Assembly: GCF_036321535.1 (NCBI RefSeq)
Contig: NC_087436.1
Coordinates: 86,120,001-86,184,000, forward strand
Reading direction: 5' to 3'
Length of the DNA: 64,000 bases
From: Camelus dromedarius
Taxonomy: Eukaryota
The first letter of the stretch is position 1; each line of letters opens with the position of its first letter. The notes beneath the pieces are model-generated. The model saw only the letters and a list, made by a program, of their open reading frames with translations. It was not told the origin of the DNA and did no database searches. Shown here piece by piece: positions 1-14,369 of the stretch. A program made the position numbers and the translations under genes.

Positions 1-450
1 TCCTCCAGTGATCATTCTCCCTTCTTACTTGGTAATTGAGCCTTTAGGTTTTTTTGCCTCCTGGCAAAATCTTCCTTTCATAGTCTCTCTTGCAAGTAGC
101 TGTAGTCATGAAGAAAAGTTCTGGCCAATAGGATGTAAGCAGAAGTTGCAGGGGCAACTGCCAAGAAGTGTCCTTAATAATACAGGGCACATCCTACTCA
201 ATCCAGTCTTTTTGCTGGATGGAATGCAGGGGCCTAACAGGCTTCTGCCACCACCTTAGATGATAAGACAACCTTGAAAATGGAAACTACACACTGTGCG
301 ATAAGATGGAAGGTCCCTGACCGGTGAAGCTCCAAACAGCCCCTGATAAACTACCTATTGTCTTCTTGAAAAAGAAATAAAACCGTATCTTGTTAAGCCT
401 CTTATTTTGAATTTTTCTGTTACTTGCAGCCAAGCTTGATCCTAACAGAT
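1..450. mobile_element. Old ERVL/MaLR-type LTR fragment
   Basis: TTCTGGCCAATAGGATGTAAGCAGAAG and terminal TGTTACTTGCAGCC resemble LTR16/LTR33/MLT1-type elements. Confidence 0.55.
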
Positions 451-637
451 GAAGTCAGAAAGGGTTGGCTCGTTCTAACCACAAACACAACCATGCTTAC
501 TCAAAACTGAAAAGCGTCTGGGGAGAGAAGGGCTGAGAACACATACACAGCTGCACAACATCCCCATTAAGACTGCCGAGACGGGATGTCTCCCTGCCCA
601 TGGGCTCACGTTTACGATGATCCTGTGGGATTCTAAG

Positions 638-643
638 TGTGTG

Positions 644-678
<35 letters not shown>
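638..678. repeat. (GT)n microsatellite
   Basis: Direct observation. Confidence 0.95.
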
Positions 679-681
<3 letters not shown>

Positions 682-2321
682 ACAACACTCACTCAGACAC
701 ACTGCTTGTTCAACTTAATTTGTCTTTGGATAGTCAGTGACACAAAGGGAAACTTGAAGGAGACAAAAGAAAGTCCACACTAGCTCTCTTTTTATATCCC
801 TTCTCCTGGTCTCGTATTTTCATTCTTCATTATAACCTTGTTCTTACCCTGCATTATATTCTTACAGCCTGCACGCTTCTGGCCTTCTGTCTTTACTGCA
901 TCCCAGATCCTCAAAATCTTTACATCCTCATTTGATTTTTAGTGCTTTAAAAATAAGCCTTCAAAAAAAAAGTAATATGCCTTCAGAAAGGTCAACTTCA
1001 TGCCCACATGTTGAGGTCACAGAACAATCCTGCAGATAAACCATCCACAGACTTTAGGCCAACTTCCACCAGGCTCTTGGCAGAGAGATGCAGCCCCAGG
1101 AAGCAAGGAGATGAAGGTTTCTGATTGATTCAAGCATTTAATGAGCGAAACTCTGAGAGAGTTTGTCCTCTCCCTGCCCTCAGGTGGCTACAGATGTCCA
1201 AAGGCATCTGGGTGCCCAGCTCAGCCTCCAACCCAGCTGTCATTGAGTCTTTAATCAGATAATTTTTCTGCTCACCATTTGAGTGAAAGCGTCCCTCAGA
1301 GCCCTAAAATAGGAATCAAAATCAGCTTCCTTCTGTGGCCTGTCTCCTCAGCACTTAGCCCACTGAATCGTGTGGGTCAGGGCACAGATGTTTACTCAGC
1401 ACCACGTGTGCCAGGCACTGTGCGAGACACGGGATGCTGTGCTGGAGACACAAACGAGACCTCTGCACTGAGGGTGGGGGGAGACAGGCCTAGAGCAGAC
1501 CAGGCCCTGATTAAAAGGCAGGCTTGACGAGGGCTCTGCAGTCATGTGGTGCTGCGGGAGGCCAGCCTCCCAGGCCTCAGCTGGTCCAGTGCCTCAAAGG
1601 CCCTTCCCTGGGAAAGTGATATTTAAAGCTGCAGGCAAGTCTGAGGAAAGTAGCTATGTTCTGCTCTTATTTTAAGTCATTCAGAAAGGTAGGTCCCACA
1701 AGAAGTATATGCTTTGGGTGGTTACAAAGGTAGCAAAGCACACCCTCCTGTTTCTGAAAATGACAGTTTTCAGTGCCCCCAAGGGAACAGTAATCTTCTG
1801 AAACTGAATCACAGAATGATTGAACACCCTCAACTAAGGAACTGTCCTTGCTCAGAAGAGACAATTTGTTTCCCCTGGGGTTGGTTATCACAAAATTTGA
1901 ATATAATCGAGACTCTTGTGACAGTCGCAAAGCTGGTTTCTTGGTCATCTGGGGGGTGGAGTTGTCTTGGGGAGATAGAGAAACATATACTGTCATCCAG
2001 CTCCCGGAGCTAATGTTTCACAGGCTGACAATGACAGAGTGATCGCCTTTGATTAAGGCACATTTTCAATTATCCACTGGGTAGATACAGACTGTTAGAG
2101 TGTGCGCTACAAAATAAAGGACCCAAGGCCCTACAGGGATCCCATGAGAGGTCCCAAGTTCCTTACTGTGTGCATTTGGTTAATTATTTTATTGCTCCCT
2201 AAACGTATTTATGAAATGACTTCACTGTGTGGTAAAAGCCTAAATGGTTAATGCTGATTCCTGCTTGGCCAAAACCCAGCCAGTCCGTTGAGCTCTATCT
2301 CTGCTCAGCTGTGATTTGAAA

Positions 2322-2335
2322 CCACCAGAGGGCGC
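2322..2335 (+). promoter_or_regulatory. CTCF core motif
   Basis: CCACCAGAGGGCGC fits the CTCF core consensus CCASYAGRKGGCRS at all 14 positions. Confidence 0.7.
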
Positions 2336-3279
2336 AAGAGGCCAGCTCAGAATCTCAGCCCGCTCTGGGTGCGTCCACAATTAGTGCCTGAAACCAAGCC
2401 AAGTGTTCCCCAGTGTTCTGGAAAGAAGCCAGATCAGGGCCTCTCCCTTCCCCAAGACTCCCCAGTCACCCCTAGAAAGCGGTTCAGTTCCAGTCCAGCC
2501 CTCAGCAAGCTGAGGTTCCACCAGCAGGTCTGACCCTGTCTGGCGTCATCCTTGAAATATTGTTTTACGCATCAGTACAACGGGGAGGGGAGGAGGGCGC
2601 AAGAAGTAATTGAAAGGACAGTTTGCATCCCCAACCAAGTGTCAGGCTCTGTGCTAGGTCGACAGGTAATTTCCGTGAAAAATTCAGTGATAACACCGAG
2701 GTACGGATGTAAGGCCGTGAATGCACGGAATCGAGGCACTTTGCCAAACCTCAGAGACTGGGGAAGCCTTCCTGGAGCTGTGTGCTAAGATTTGAAGAGT
2801 GAGTAGAAATAAGCAGGGAAGAAAGGTGAGAGACATGTCCCTGGTAGAGGGAAGAGCTTCAGCAAAGGCATCCGGGTGTCAGGGATGCACCCCATCAGAA
2901 GCAGGCGCTGAGAGCCCCTGACTTTGTGGCCAACATTAGAGCAGACTGAAATCCAGCAGTCCCCCAGGAACTTCAAAGAGACAACTCAAGACCTGAATGT
3001 AAGTTCAACTCAAATTTGAAATGCCCAAAATGAGCTGCTCTAACAAAAATCAGTGCCTCATAATGCTCAGTCTGCATCTGTCGCTGGAATTCTCAAACAC
3101 CGAAACAAAAACTTTAGCTGCTGGCGAGGAATGTCCTAGTAAGATCTGCATTTATTACCGCAAAAACAGTAAATTTTTCACAAAATTCTCCTGCATCGAG
3201 AAGCCAAAAGATTTAACTTTCCGAGGCTCTCCCAGGAAGACGGTACTCTAAAATTGGAAGGCATCAGGGAAAAACTTAA

Positions 3280-3460
3280 AAAAATTTTTTTACAATATTG
3301 TGTTAGTTTCTAGTGTATAGCATAGTGATTCAGTTAAACGTATATATACACATATTCTTTTTCATTACACATTACTATAAGCCTTTGAATATAGTTCCCT
3401 GTGCTGTACAGTAGGACCTCGTTGTTTATTCTGTACATAATAGTTTGTACCAGCCAATAT
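3280..3460 (-). mobile_element. L1 3' UTR fragment
   Basis: Same motifs as the L1 at 28.4 kb (CATAGTGATTCAGTTA, TTGAATATAGTTCCCTGTGCT, CAGTAGGACC). Confidence 0.8.
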
Positions 3461-5448
3461 TTCTTATCAAATAATTTTCCATGGCAGACCTGTGAAAAAC
3501 CTGGTATCGTGACTGTGGGTTAGCTCCCTTATGTAACTTAGGAGTGTTAAGGTCAATTGAACCAAAGTGATATATCCAGCTGATAGACTCACGTTTTGAT
3601 GGTTAAGTCATGTTACCACAGACACAAATACTTGTCTCACAGCATTAGAAATTAAAGTGACACATGCACACATCTTTAAGAAGAATCGTGATCATTCAGA
3701 TCCAATACCTATTCCATTCTGGTTGAACTCAGATATGATTGTGATGACTTCCAATCTTTGAATTTCATTCTCTACTACTAACCCATCTTCTACTAAATAA
3801 GGGTGCAATGGCATGATTTTATTTGTAAAATACATGAAAGTAAATCTGTTTTTAAGATATATTTCAACACTCCTTGGATAATTAAATACACACCAGACTA
3901 TCACACATGCAAAAAGTAAGGAATGGCTAATATAAATTCCTTCGGATTCCTGTGGGTCACCTGAATTTGCCAGAATCAGGATTAGATTTGACAACTCTGG
4001 CATTTGTAACTGCTGTTTCTCTAGGTCCACAAACAACTGGATATCAGGAATTAATACAGTTTAACCTAATATCTAGCATATTAAACTAGCCTCTTATTGC
4101 AGGCAGAAATTCACATCAATTCTGCATACTTAATAAGTGAATTGTCTATCGCAAGGTGCTTAAATATTTAACTTTTGTCCTGGCCTTTAAATGAGATTGA
4201 CTGTATTTCCCAATAAAAGACAATTTAAAACTGCAGGCTCACGCTTCAAGTAGTGGTTATCTTATCTGCCTGAGTTCTGTTTGCTTTCCCTTAAGACTCC
4301 AATAACACTTGAGAAAGTAGAATTGGCCACTCAAGAATTCCCTGCCCCCACCCTACCTGGAAGAGAGAAGAGCTTTTCTGATGGGTGCTGCTGGTCTCTG
4401 AACACAGTGACCTGCCCAGATGACTGGTTAAAATGCACAGCCCTCCCGTGACCATTACAAGTTTCACTCTAATGCTGTGAGACAAATGGCTCACCCTTAT
4501 AGCTCCATCACATATACCATCCAGAAGACAAATGCCCTGAGTCTACATTATTACCTGAAGGTTGGATGAAAAATAAATGTTATAGTTATTTTGAACTTTC
4601 AAAATCCCGACAAACCACTGGAAAGATGGGTCACTTTTACTTTTTTAAAAATACATTCTCTATTTAATTTTTTAAATTGAAGTCTATTCAGTTACACTGT
4701 CACGTCACTTTTCTTTAATTTCTGTTTTTCCAATCCATTGTAAATGACCCCATACTGCCATGCCATTTTACACCTTCTGAAAGTGTTTCTGAATATGCTA
4801 GCTTATCTGCTGCCCTACACAGCCATCTAAAATGCAAACCGGACTGCGCTACTCAAAGCCTTTCAGTAGTCCTCCAGTACAACGAGACCAAGTTCCAGAA
4901 TCCTTGGCATCGCCTATAAAGCCTGTTGCGCTTCCCAGCCTTGCCTGGACACCTAGCCTGCACCCAGCCACTCTAGCTCTGCAGATCTTTCAACATCCAT
5001 TGTTTGGGTTGAACCTGGACAACTCAGAAAACACTCTTTTTCACTTTTTCTTCCCTCATGTCCTCTGGTGGGTATTTGGGTTCCTTTCCTTTCTTTCCAA
5101 GTAAAAGTCTTAATTTCAACTTTCTATGACCTTAGGGGAAGAGATGGGAATTTTCTACCTTCTGGCTAGGAGAGTAATGCTGAGAATATCCTTGCCACCT
5201 TCCTGGTGGCAGGAGTTTGTTAGATCCAGAGCTACAGGGATGGGAAGAAATTTGATAGACGGTGGACTCCCAGGAAGAGAGTATGTCATTCTGAGTAGGA
5301 ATGGTCCTCCTTTTTCCATCCAGAGAGTTCAGGACTGGCAAGGCTCCAAGTGTTCCGAACCATTTTGACCTTCTCCAATTCCCTGGGGATCCAGCCTTGC
5401 ATCAGTAGAGGTGGTGGGAAATCTTCATTCACAAACTATAGATTTTAC

Positions 5449-5688
5449 GGGGTGGGAAGGGATAAAAAGGGAATTCAAGATTTGCAGATACTAACTACTA
5501 CATATAAAATAGATAAACAAGTTTATGCTATATAGCACAGGCAACTGTATTCAATATCTTGTAGTAACCTATAATGAAAAAGAATATGAAAAGGAATACA
5601 CATGTATTTATATGACCGAAACATTATGCTGTAGTCCAGAAATCGACACAACATTGTAAACTGACTATACTGCAATTAAAAAAAAACT
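5449..5688 (+). mobile_element. L1 3' end with A tail
   Basis: GATTTGCAGATACTAACTACTA...ACATTGTAAACTGACTATAC followed by poly-A. Confidence 0.8.
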
Positions 5689-5689
5689 T

Positions 5690-7190
5690 AAGATTTTCAC
5701 CCAAACTTGATTCTCCCCTAGTCTTTCCCATCTCAGGTAATGACGCCAGCCAGCCAGCCCTCAGTTGCCCAGGTCCCAAATCTAGGAGTTCATTTTCTTC
5801 TTTCTTCTCCCTTATCCCCATATTCAGGCCATTAGCAAGTTTTATTGATTTTTACCTTCTAAGAGTATCTCAAATCTGTTCTTTCCTCTCAATCTCCACT
5901 CTGTCCACCTGGTCCCAAGAGAGTCCTCTCACTAGGAATCACCCTCCAGTTGCTTCTCTGTATCTGCTCATGCCTACTGTCAATTCATCCTCTGCACAAC
6001 GGTCAGCATGCTCCTTTTAAAATGTAAATTCTTAATTTTTATGCAAATGAAATATACATGTTGTTGAAATATAACATACATACAAAAAGAACACAAGCCA
6101 TACTGTATAACTCAGTGATTTTACATAAAACGAACACACTTGTGATCAGTATCTCGGTAACCCCTTCACACCCTTTTCCATGCTGCCTGCCTTCCAAATG
6201 TACCCATGTCCTAATTTCCAACATCACAGGTGGCTTTAAAACTTTAGATAAAGAGAATCATATATACATTCTGTTTCTGGTTCCTTTCACTCAACATTTT
6301 GTTAATGGTATTCATCCATGTTGCTTGCAGTTGTAATTTGTTTATACTCATTTCTGGGACGTGTTCCATTTTGTGAATTTGCCACAATTTATTTACTCGT
6401 TCTACTGTTGATGGATACTTGAACAGTTTCCAGTTTTTAGGCATCAAGGGTAATACTGCTGTAAACAATCTCATGCCTGACTCCACGTGTGCATTTCTGT
6501 TGGGTGTGCATGTTTTAGTAAATACTGCCAATTTCCCAAGTAGTTGTACCAATTTATGTTCTCACTAGCAAGGTGTGAGCATTCCATTTGCTTTGTATCC
6601 TTGCCAGCACTTGATGTTTATGTTTGTTTAATTTGAGCCATTTTCATGGGTAGTGTGCTCTTTCATAAATCTGACCAGTTTCCCTTCCCACTTAAGAGTC
6701 TTCTCATTGAATTTAAAACAAAACCCAGACTCATAAATATGACCCCACGAACCCCTCCAGTGTCACTGCATATCACTCTTTCTCTTTTTGTACACTAGTC
6801 TTTTCCTTCTTAAAATTTATCAAGCTTTTTCCGACTCTGGACCTGCATACCGCTCTCTCTAAGCCTGCAAAACCTCACTCTATCCCACCTTCTTCCCAAC
6901 TCTTCCTGACAACCCTTTAAATCTCAGATTTAAAGTCTGTCCTTGTCCTTAGTGAGTCCCCGACCCCTCTCTCATACTCTTCCCTTCACAGAGCTAATCA
7001 CACAGTGCTTAAAGCAGTTTGTTGTTACACATGTGTTTCCTTTTTTTCCCTCTCTCTCTGTCTCTCCCATTAGACTGTAAAGTTTATGAAAACTGGGAAC
7101 TCGTCTGCTTCATAAACTACTCTAGCCCCTGTGCCTGGCAGACGGGACACTCACCGAATGTTTATCAAAAGAACAAGTGAATGACTCCAG
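5690..7190. mobile_element. L2 fragments interrupted by an old L1 (~6040-6650)
   Basis: L2-like pyrimidine-rich segments ending TAGACTGTAAAG...GTGCCTGGCA; the central part has L1M 3' UTR motifs (TTCATCCATGTTG, GTTGATGGATACTTG). Confidence 0.6.
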
Positions 7191-8599
7191 CCTATTTCAG
7201 ACTATGAGTTAAGTAGTGTTTAATATCATCTTTGAGTGTGGAGTTTTGACATCCACTGAAGGAAGCAGGTGCACAGAAAAAACATGACCAGAAGTGGGCT
7301 TGACGGATGAACCGACAACGTTTAGGCAAGCAGCCCAAAGCTTGCCCATGAGTGAGGAATTGCCAGAAAAAGACAGAGTTTACCTAAAGAGAGGTAAAAT
7401 GTCTTAGTCCCTGGGGGAAGGTGTGGGTATTCCAGGAAATGAAATGTTTTAAAGAATCAAATAACCCTCCATACCCGCAAGAAGCATCCTAATGTCTTCC
7501 AAGAGGGAACGCCCTTTTCTCAAGGGCTTACATAATTCCTGGGGAGTGGTGTAGGCGTTAGGGGTCAGCTGGCTCAGTAACTTTGGTGTAAGAAAGAACA
7601 TGCTTCAAATATTCTAACATTTCAGTAACAACGGGGACAGAATTTGATAATGCAAAAATTAGTGTTCCTGGCAAGAATTTTGAGAATACATTAATGATGA
7701 TAAGTTGGTAATTTTGTGCATGTCTTAAATATGTTCAGCCTCTCTTGTGCTCACCTGATTTCCCTCTATTGTCTACTTCATCTAATAGCACCCATCTGAC
7801 AACCACTGTTGTAAGTTTCCTGCTGGACCGGAGAGGCTAAGCACCCTCTGGATGTGAGGAGAACGGAAAGTACAGAGTATTCAAATGAGAACAAGAGCAG
7901 GCTTTATTGTCATTTTCGTTTAAAATTAACTTTCCAGATAATTGGAAGGCATTCATCCCTCATGGCATGTACATTTAAAAGGTTTACTTTGGCTCCAGTA
8001 ATCCTACTGATTTAGCCACGAAAGTATGTTTCAAATAATGAGCTGCATGTTCAACATATCTTCACACTGTATAAACAGGCATTTCTGTAGGGCATATGGT
8101 ATTTTAAATTAAATGTAGTCATTTTGTTGTGTTAAGTAGCTAATTTCAGGGAAGAAAAATTTGGTGGGAGATCATATCAGTAAATCCTTGAGGGTCTCCT
8201 AGGTGCATAGAATACAGAGAATGTCCAGGCAGGCAGATCTCTGTCCTCAAAGAGCTTATATTTAACAAGGGGAAGGACAGCTAAACAGGCAGTGGTGTAA
8301 AAGGTACTTTGGGTTACAGCAGAGTTGATAGAGGAGCTCAGAGGAGGAGCTTACCCCAGAATGGGGGTGTGTGGGAGGGTGTGTGTCTGTCTCCAGGAAG
8401 CTGTTCTCTCTTACTTGATATTCTGTTCCCCAAATCTTCCAAAATGCAACTCAAATTCCCATCCTTGGAGAAGTCTTCCCAATCGCTTGGCTAGAATGTT
8501 CCCACAGTGGGTTTTCTCACCCGTCCCTGAAGGTTATTCTGGTATTACTGCTATTTGCATACCCTTAAGGGGGAGGGCACTTTAATGTCAGGTCAGGAG

Positions 8600-8770
8600 A
8601 GCGGACTCTGGATCAGACAGCCTAGACTAGAATCTGCTGCTTGCTGTCTGTGACACCTCACTTACCTTTCCTGAGCCTCCATTTCCTCACCTGTGTGAAG
8701 ACGTGATGGGGCAGCACGAGCAAAGCACTTAGAACTGTGCCTGGCACGTCGTTGAGTACTGAGAGCTCTA
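8600..8770 (+). mobile_element. MIR SINE
   Basis: Core CTGAGCCTCCATTTCCTCACCTGT...AAAGCACTTAGAACTGTGCCTGGCAC. Confidence 0.75.
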
Positions 8771-9894
8771 TGACTGTCCATGAGTGTCTTGTCTCTTTCA
8801 CTTCATTGTACATTCCCCAGAAGCAGGTACTCTGCTGTGCACCTTTGGGTCCTGCCCATGGGCCCCAACCATTCTCCACCCCCTCCAATGTCTAAGATGG
8901 TCCCTTGTGCATTTCAAGTGCAAAAAATAATGTCACTGTCATTGATAAAGATCTCCTAGGTGCCATGTGGATCAAATTTGGGTTCTTTGTGAAGATCATT
9001 TTAAAAATGCATACAGCACATCGTTTGCATCAAACACTTACTTAGACTGTATGCTGTCACCATACCTAGTACTTACTGAGCACTTACTACATGCCAGGCA
9101 CTTGGCTAAGCACTGTACACAAACTATGTTGCTTAAATTGCACTTTAATCTACGAGGCACTTTCATACTATTATAGAGAGCCTGAAAAATTGCCATTACT
9201 AGTTTTTCCCGGCATCAAAAATAAAATATTGCCAATAAAATCAAACTTTATATTATCAAAATGCAATACACTTAGATTATATACTATTTCAAAGCCATTT
9301 CTTTCTGCAGACTTGCTATAATTACAGTGGTATTGTACTTCTCTATGTTATAATTCTAAAATTACCACAGGCATAGAGGGGAGATTCCTTTGTACTTTCA
9401 TAATAGGAGACTTTTTCCACCACTCTCAATAGTGCATATACACAAATGCACAGTCAGCCATGTTGTTAGAATATATCGTACAGGTCAAACCATAATTAAA
9501 ATAATTATTATTTACATAGCACCGTAAATGTATCCACTACTTGAGTCATAATCACAGTAGTCAGAGACAGAAAACAGCAATTATATAATCCAGTCAACCC
9601 CACAAGTGTATGTCAGCCAGGATCCCAGCGGAGAAGGTCTGCGAATTAATCCCAAGCAAAAATAACAGGCACACGGAATCACATCCCATTCTCAGATTTC
9701 CATTCTCTTCACGTTACTATGGTTTTCATTCATTCATTCACTCACTCATTTGTTCATTCATTTACTCATTCATTCAACAAACATAGTTTCTACATTGTTT
9801 ACCATGTGCCAGGCCCGTTGCTAAGGAACAGGTATCTACAAGAATAAAAGGTCCCTGCTGCTACATGTCCTTATTCCCACAGCTCCTATTTTAG

Positions 9895-10135
9895 CAGAAT
9901 TGTCAAAAGAGCGTGGCCTCCTGAGCTAGACTTTCTGGGTTCAGAAACTGATTCTATCACTTATTGGTCCTGTAACCTTGGACAAATTACATAAACTCTC
10001 CGTGGTCAAGTTTCTTCACCTGTAAAACACGTAACTATTTCACAGGGTTGCTCTGAGGACAGAATGAATTACAGCATATTAAGGGTCTAGAAAAATGCCT
10101 GGCAGACATTGGATGGTCCACACATATTAACTGTT
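9895..10135 (+). mobile_element. MIR SINE
   Basis: CTGGGTTCAG...TGTAACCTTGGACAAATTAC...GTTTCTTCACCTGTAAAA. Confidence 0.7.
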
Positions 10136-10369
10136 ACTACAGTGGTTTGCATTTGTTCAAGATTTATCTGTTTAAATAGAGCATAAAGACATGAGAGTAG
10201 AGTTTTATTGCCTACACCTTGGTGAACGTATTCACTCGATAGTCTTTACTGGGCACCTCGTAGCCAAGAGCCCTCAGGTAACCAGTACAGAAATGAGATG
10301 TAGCAGAAGACAGAGTTCTCCTTTATGATGAAAACTGGCCACTTTGGGTCATATCATCTTTGTTGTTGT

Positions 10370-11490
10370 TTTTAATTAATAGACATAACTTTTTAGGATA
10401 GTTTTAGGTTTACAGAAAAAGTGAGCAGATAATACAGAGTTCCCATATACCCCTCCCATACAGACAAACCGTTTCCCCTATCATTAACATCTTACATTAG
10501 TGTGGCCAATTGATGAACCAATATTGATGTATTATTATTAATAAAAGCCATAGTTTATATTACAATTCATTCTGTCATATATTTCTGTGGCTTTTGACAA
10601 ATGCACACTGTCATGTGTTCACCATTATAGTATCATACAGAATAGTTTTGCCAGCCTAAAAATCCTCTGTGCTTCACCTATTCATTCCTCACTTCCACAC
10701 CTCTCAACCCCTGGCAACCACTGATCTTTTTACTGTCTCTGTAGTTTTGCCTTTTCCAGAATATCATATAGTTTAAATCATAAAGTATGTAGCCTTTATA
10801 GATCAGTTACTTTCACTTAGAAATACACCTTTAAATTTCCTCCATGTCTTTTCATGAGTTGATAGCTCATTCTTTTTATGATTGAATAATATTCCACTGC
10901 ATAATGTTCCACAGTTTGTTTATTCATTTGCCTGTCACAAGTACCTTCGTTGTTTCCAACCAATTATGAATAAAGCTGCTATAAATATTTGTGTACAGGA
11001 TTTTGTATGAACATAAGTTTCCATTTGGGTATGCACCTAGGAGCGTGGTTGCTGGACCATTTGGTAAGACTATGTTTAACTTTGTAAGAGACTGCCAAAC
11101 GGTCTTCCAAAATGGCTGTACTGTTTTGCATTCCTACTAAAAAGGAATGAGAGTTCCTGTTGCTCCACATCCTCACTAGCATTTGGTGTTGTCAGTGTTT
11201 TCAATTTTCACCATTCTAAGAAGTGTATAGTGATATCTCATTGTTGTTTTTTTAATTTTCAATTTTCCCTAATGGTATAGATAGATGTCAAGCACCTTTT
11301 CATATGCTTAGTCCATCTGTTTATCTTCTTTGGTGGATTTCCAGATTTTCTGCCTATTTTTTAACTGGATTGTTTGCTTTTTTATTGCTGAGTTTTAAGA
11401 TTTCCTTGTATTTTTTGGATACAAGTCCTTTATCAAATATGTTTGCAAACAACTTCTCCCAATCTGTGGCTTGTCTTTTGACTCTCTTAG
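10370..11490 (-). mobile_element. Old L1 (L1MC-like) 3' region
   Basis: AGTTTTAGGTTTACAGAAAA...GAGTTCCCATATACCC, CCCTGGCAACCACTGATC and ORF2 C-terminal remnants. Confidence 0.8.
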
Positions 11491-14369
11491 GAATCATATT
11501 ATTTTGAATGCAAGTTAATACTTATTGCCTAGAGTTAGTTTTCCATTATGCCATTGTTTCAATACTAGTGCTAGCTTCTTTCACAAAATAAACATAGAAG
11601 GAAGAGGCAAAAACTGATGAAAATATCCTAAGGAATGCGGAACAGTTTCAAAGTCTTCAGTTGGTGGTGTTCATAGCCATGTTAGCTACAAATGCAGAAG
11701 GATCTCATTAGACATTTTCTGCTGTAATTAGAAATTAAAATAAATAGGCTCAAACAGCATCAGAAAAATTTCGTATGAATTGAGGTTCCTTAGGAAAAAT
11801 CCTGTCCTGAATAAATATTTAGAAATAAAGGCTGGTATTTTTTTTTTTTTTTTTTTTTACCCTCCTCTACCTTTATACCCATCAAGGTCTTTGCTTTAGA
11901 ATAAGCCTCTGTATTTAATAAATTCCACTGGGGGCATGGCCTTGAGAGTATTAAGTCCTTGAGGGGTTGTTATAAATCTCATTTCTTGGCCACACTAGCA
12001 GAAACCCAGCCCAGGAACCCCCCTCAACCCATTCCTGAAGAACTTTACAATGTTAGTCATCCACATGGATGACTTCATCCATTACCTGGTTGAAACCTCG
12101 CAATCATTCTGCATCAGAAATAACTCCACTTGGCACCTTGGCAGGGGAGGAACAGGGAAAATCACAGAGAGGACCCAGGCAGGGACATGAACGAGCTGAA
12201 AGTTTTCCAGCAACATTTAAAACATTCTTTTTACACTTGTGACAAGTGACATGGGTTTTCTTAATGAGCACATGCAGCCAACAATCCCAGTTCATACATT
12301 GGAAGGAAAACAGTCCCATATAACAAGCTGTACTGCTCTAAGAAATGATTCCAGACCCAAATGCTAGGAGTTGGCTTCTGAACACCCTGCTCTCAGACCA
12401 CCTGGGAGTGGTGTCCGGGCCTCACCCTGGCCTCTAGAAGATTCTCAAGCCACCACTCAAGATGGCTTGTCAGCCACCAATAGCAAGCAACACCATTAGC
12501 CTGAAGGAAAATGCAATCTGAAGCCTTCTAGCAGAGGAAATATAAAAAATAATCTTTTCCACATGGATGCACTAAAAAGTTCATTAAAAAAAAAAAACAC
12601 TTGCAACTATTATGGAAAATTCCAAGTTAAACGTACTTTAAAAAAATTCTGGTAAATATTTTGCTGGAAAACTCACACTTTAAAGAAAAATCTTTGAGGC
12701 TCCTGGGGAAAGCCTGACACTTTTTAAAATGAAAACGGCTGCTCTGAAAACATACACCTTCAAAGGAAACACAGACGTGAGCCCAGTTCTTTCTGTGCTG
12801 AGGACGCTCACTGCGCACTCAGAGCGCCCATGCCAGGAAGTCAAACTCCGTAGCAAGCTGGCCTGAGCCCTATTCATACTGGCCAGTGGAGAAAACCGTT
12901 TTGGTTCGTTTTGTTTTTCAGATTGTGATGATCACATCTGTTCCTTATCTTTCCTCTTCCACCAGGGTTTTGTTTACAAGGGTCCCAGGAACAACAGGGA
13001 CTGTCGAATCTCTGCACAGATGACAGAAGACAAGACTCGCAGGGAACTGGCGGGGTCTGCATCCCAATGAGCCAAAGGTGGGGTTTTCAGAGCAGCCGCC
13101 AGCGCTCATCAGTGACTCAGACTCAGGAACTGAGACCAGGACTGGGAAGGAGCTGGTCTCATTTACGGAAGCTCCAGAGACACACAGGCAGCTTTTCCAA
13201 TAGAATCCAAGTGTGTGCACTCTTCCTCCCCACACAGACCTTCTCCGGTTTTGTAGGAGGCTTTCTAATGGCTCTGGTCTGCCACCCTGCCGCCATGCCA
13301 TTCTCATCTTCTCCCTCCTTCCTCCTTTCCTCCCTAGATTCTGGGAAATCAAGATCAGAGCAGCCTCACCAGTCCCTAAACACCATTATTTTTTGGCAAG
13401 GTATTCTGATAGTGGAATAAATGCCTGCAAAAGGCAACCCAGAGTCCTCACCTAGACATCCACCATTCAAGAGTACACCTGTGTCTTTTCAAAGTAGAAG
13501 CCAGGCCCTTGGTTTATGACTTTTTTTAATCTTTTTTTTTTTTTTTTTTTTTTACATATATTGCACGTCAAGCAGGAGAAAAGTCTGGGCTACGGCACTA
13601 CTCAAACTGTGGGCAGGATGGGCTGCTTGTTTACACAACTGTGCTCTGGTCAACAACAAGAAGCGTGTGGAAACTGAGAGAAAGCGTTTAGAAACTTTCA
13701 TAGCCATTTCAGTCACCTTATGTCTGTTGACTCTAATGATAAAAATTAGGGGACCTATTTTTTTGTCTTTGGGTTTTTTGTTTCACTTTTCTAGATAGTA
13801 ATTTTTATTATATTTACAAAGATATTAGGCTATAATGGATTGGAAATTTTAAAAGAAAAAAACTTTACCACGTGTAGTTTGAAAAGCAAACCACAGAGGA
13901 TACTGTAGAAAACATTCATATACCCATTAATTAGCCAGAGTTTGTCAAGTCTGAACATTTCACATTTGCCTTTGTGTTTTTAAATGAGATAAAATATTAC
14001 ACGTTGCTCATCCTTTTTTCCTTTCTTTTCCCTTTCTTCCCTCCATTCCCCTCTATATCCCTCCCCTGCTTTTCTCCCCTCTTCCCTCCTCTTCCCTTCC
14101 TCCCCATCTCCTCTCTCCCTTCTCCTCCCCTGCTCTCTCCTTTTAAGTGGACAGACCATGATTGGGAGAGAGGGAGCCACAGTGCCCAGCACGGAGAAGC
14201 AAAGTCTGCGCACAATAGATACGTGGGATGCCCACATGAAGGGAAGGGCATGGAATGTCAGGGCCCAGGACCAGTGAGGAGGGTGCTTCCCTGGTATGGG
14301 AAGTCAGAGCCCAAACAGGAGAGAGGTCTTCCACATGAGAGAAAGGGTGATAGAGGAGATGGGAGATGA

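Noticed and set aside
13990..14142. Long polypyrimidine tract and overlapping ORFs
   Set aside because: Low-complexity CT-rich sequence; ORFs are compositional artefacts and triplex potential is generic.
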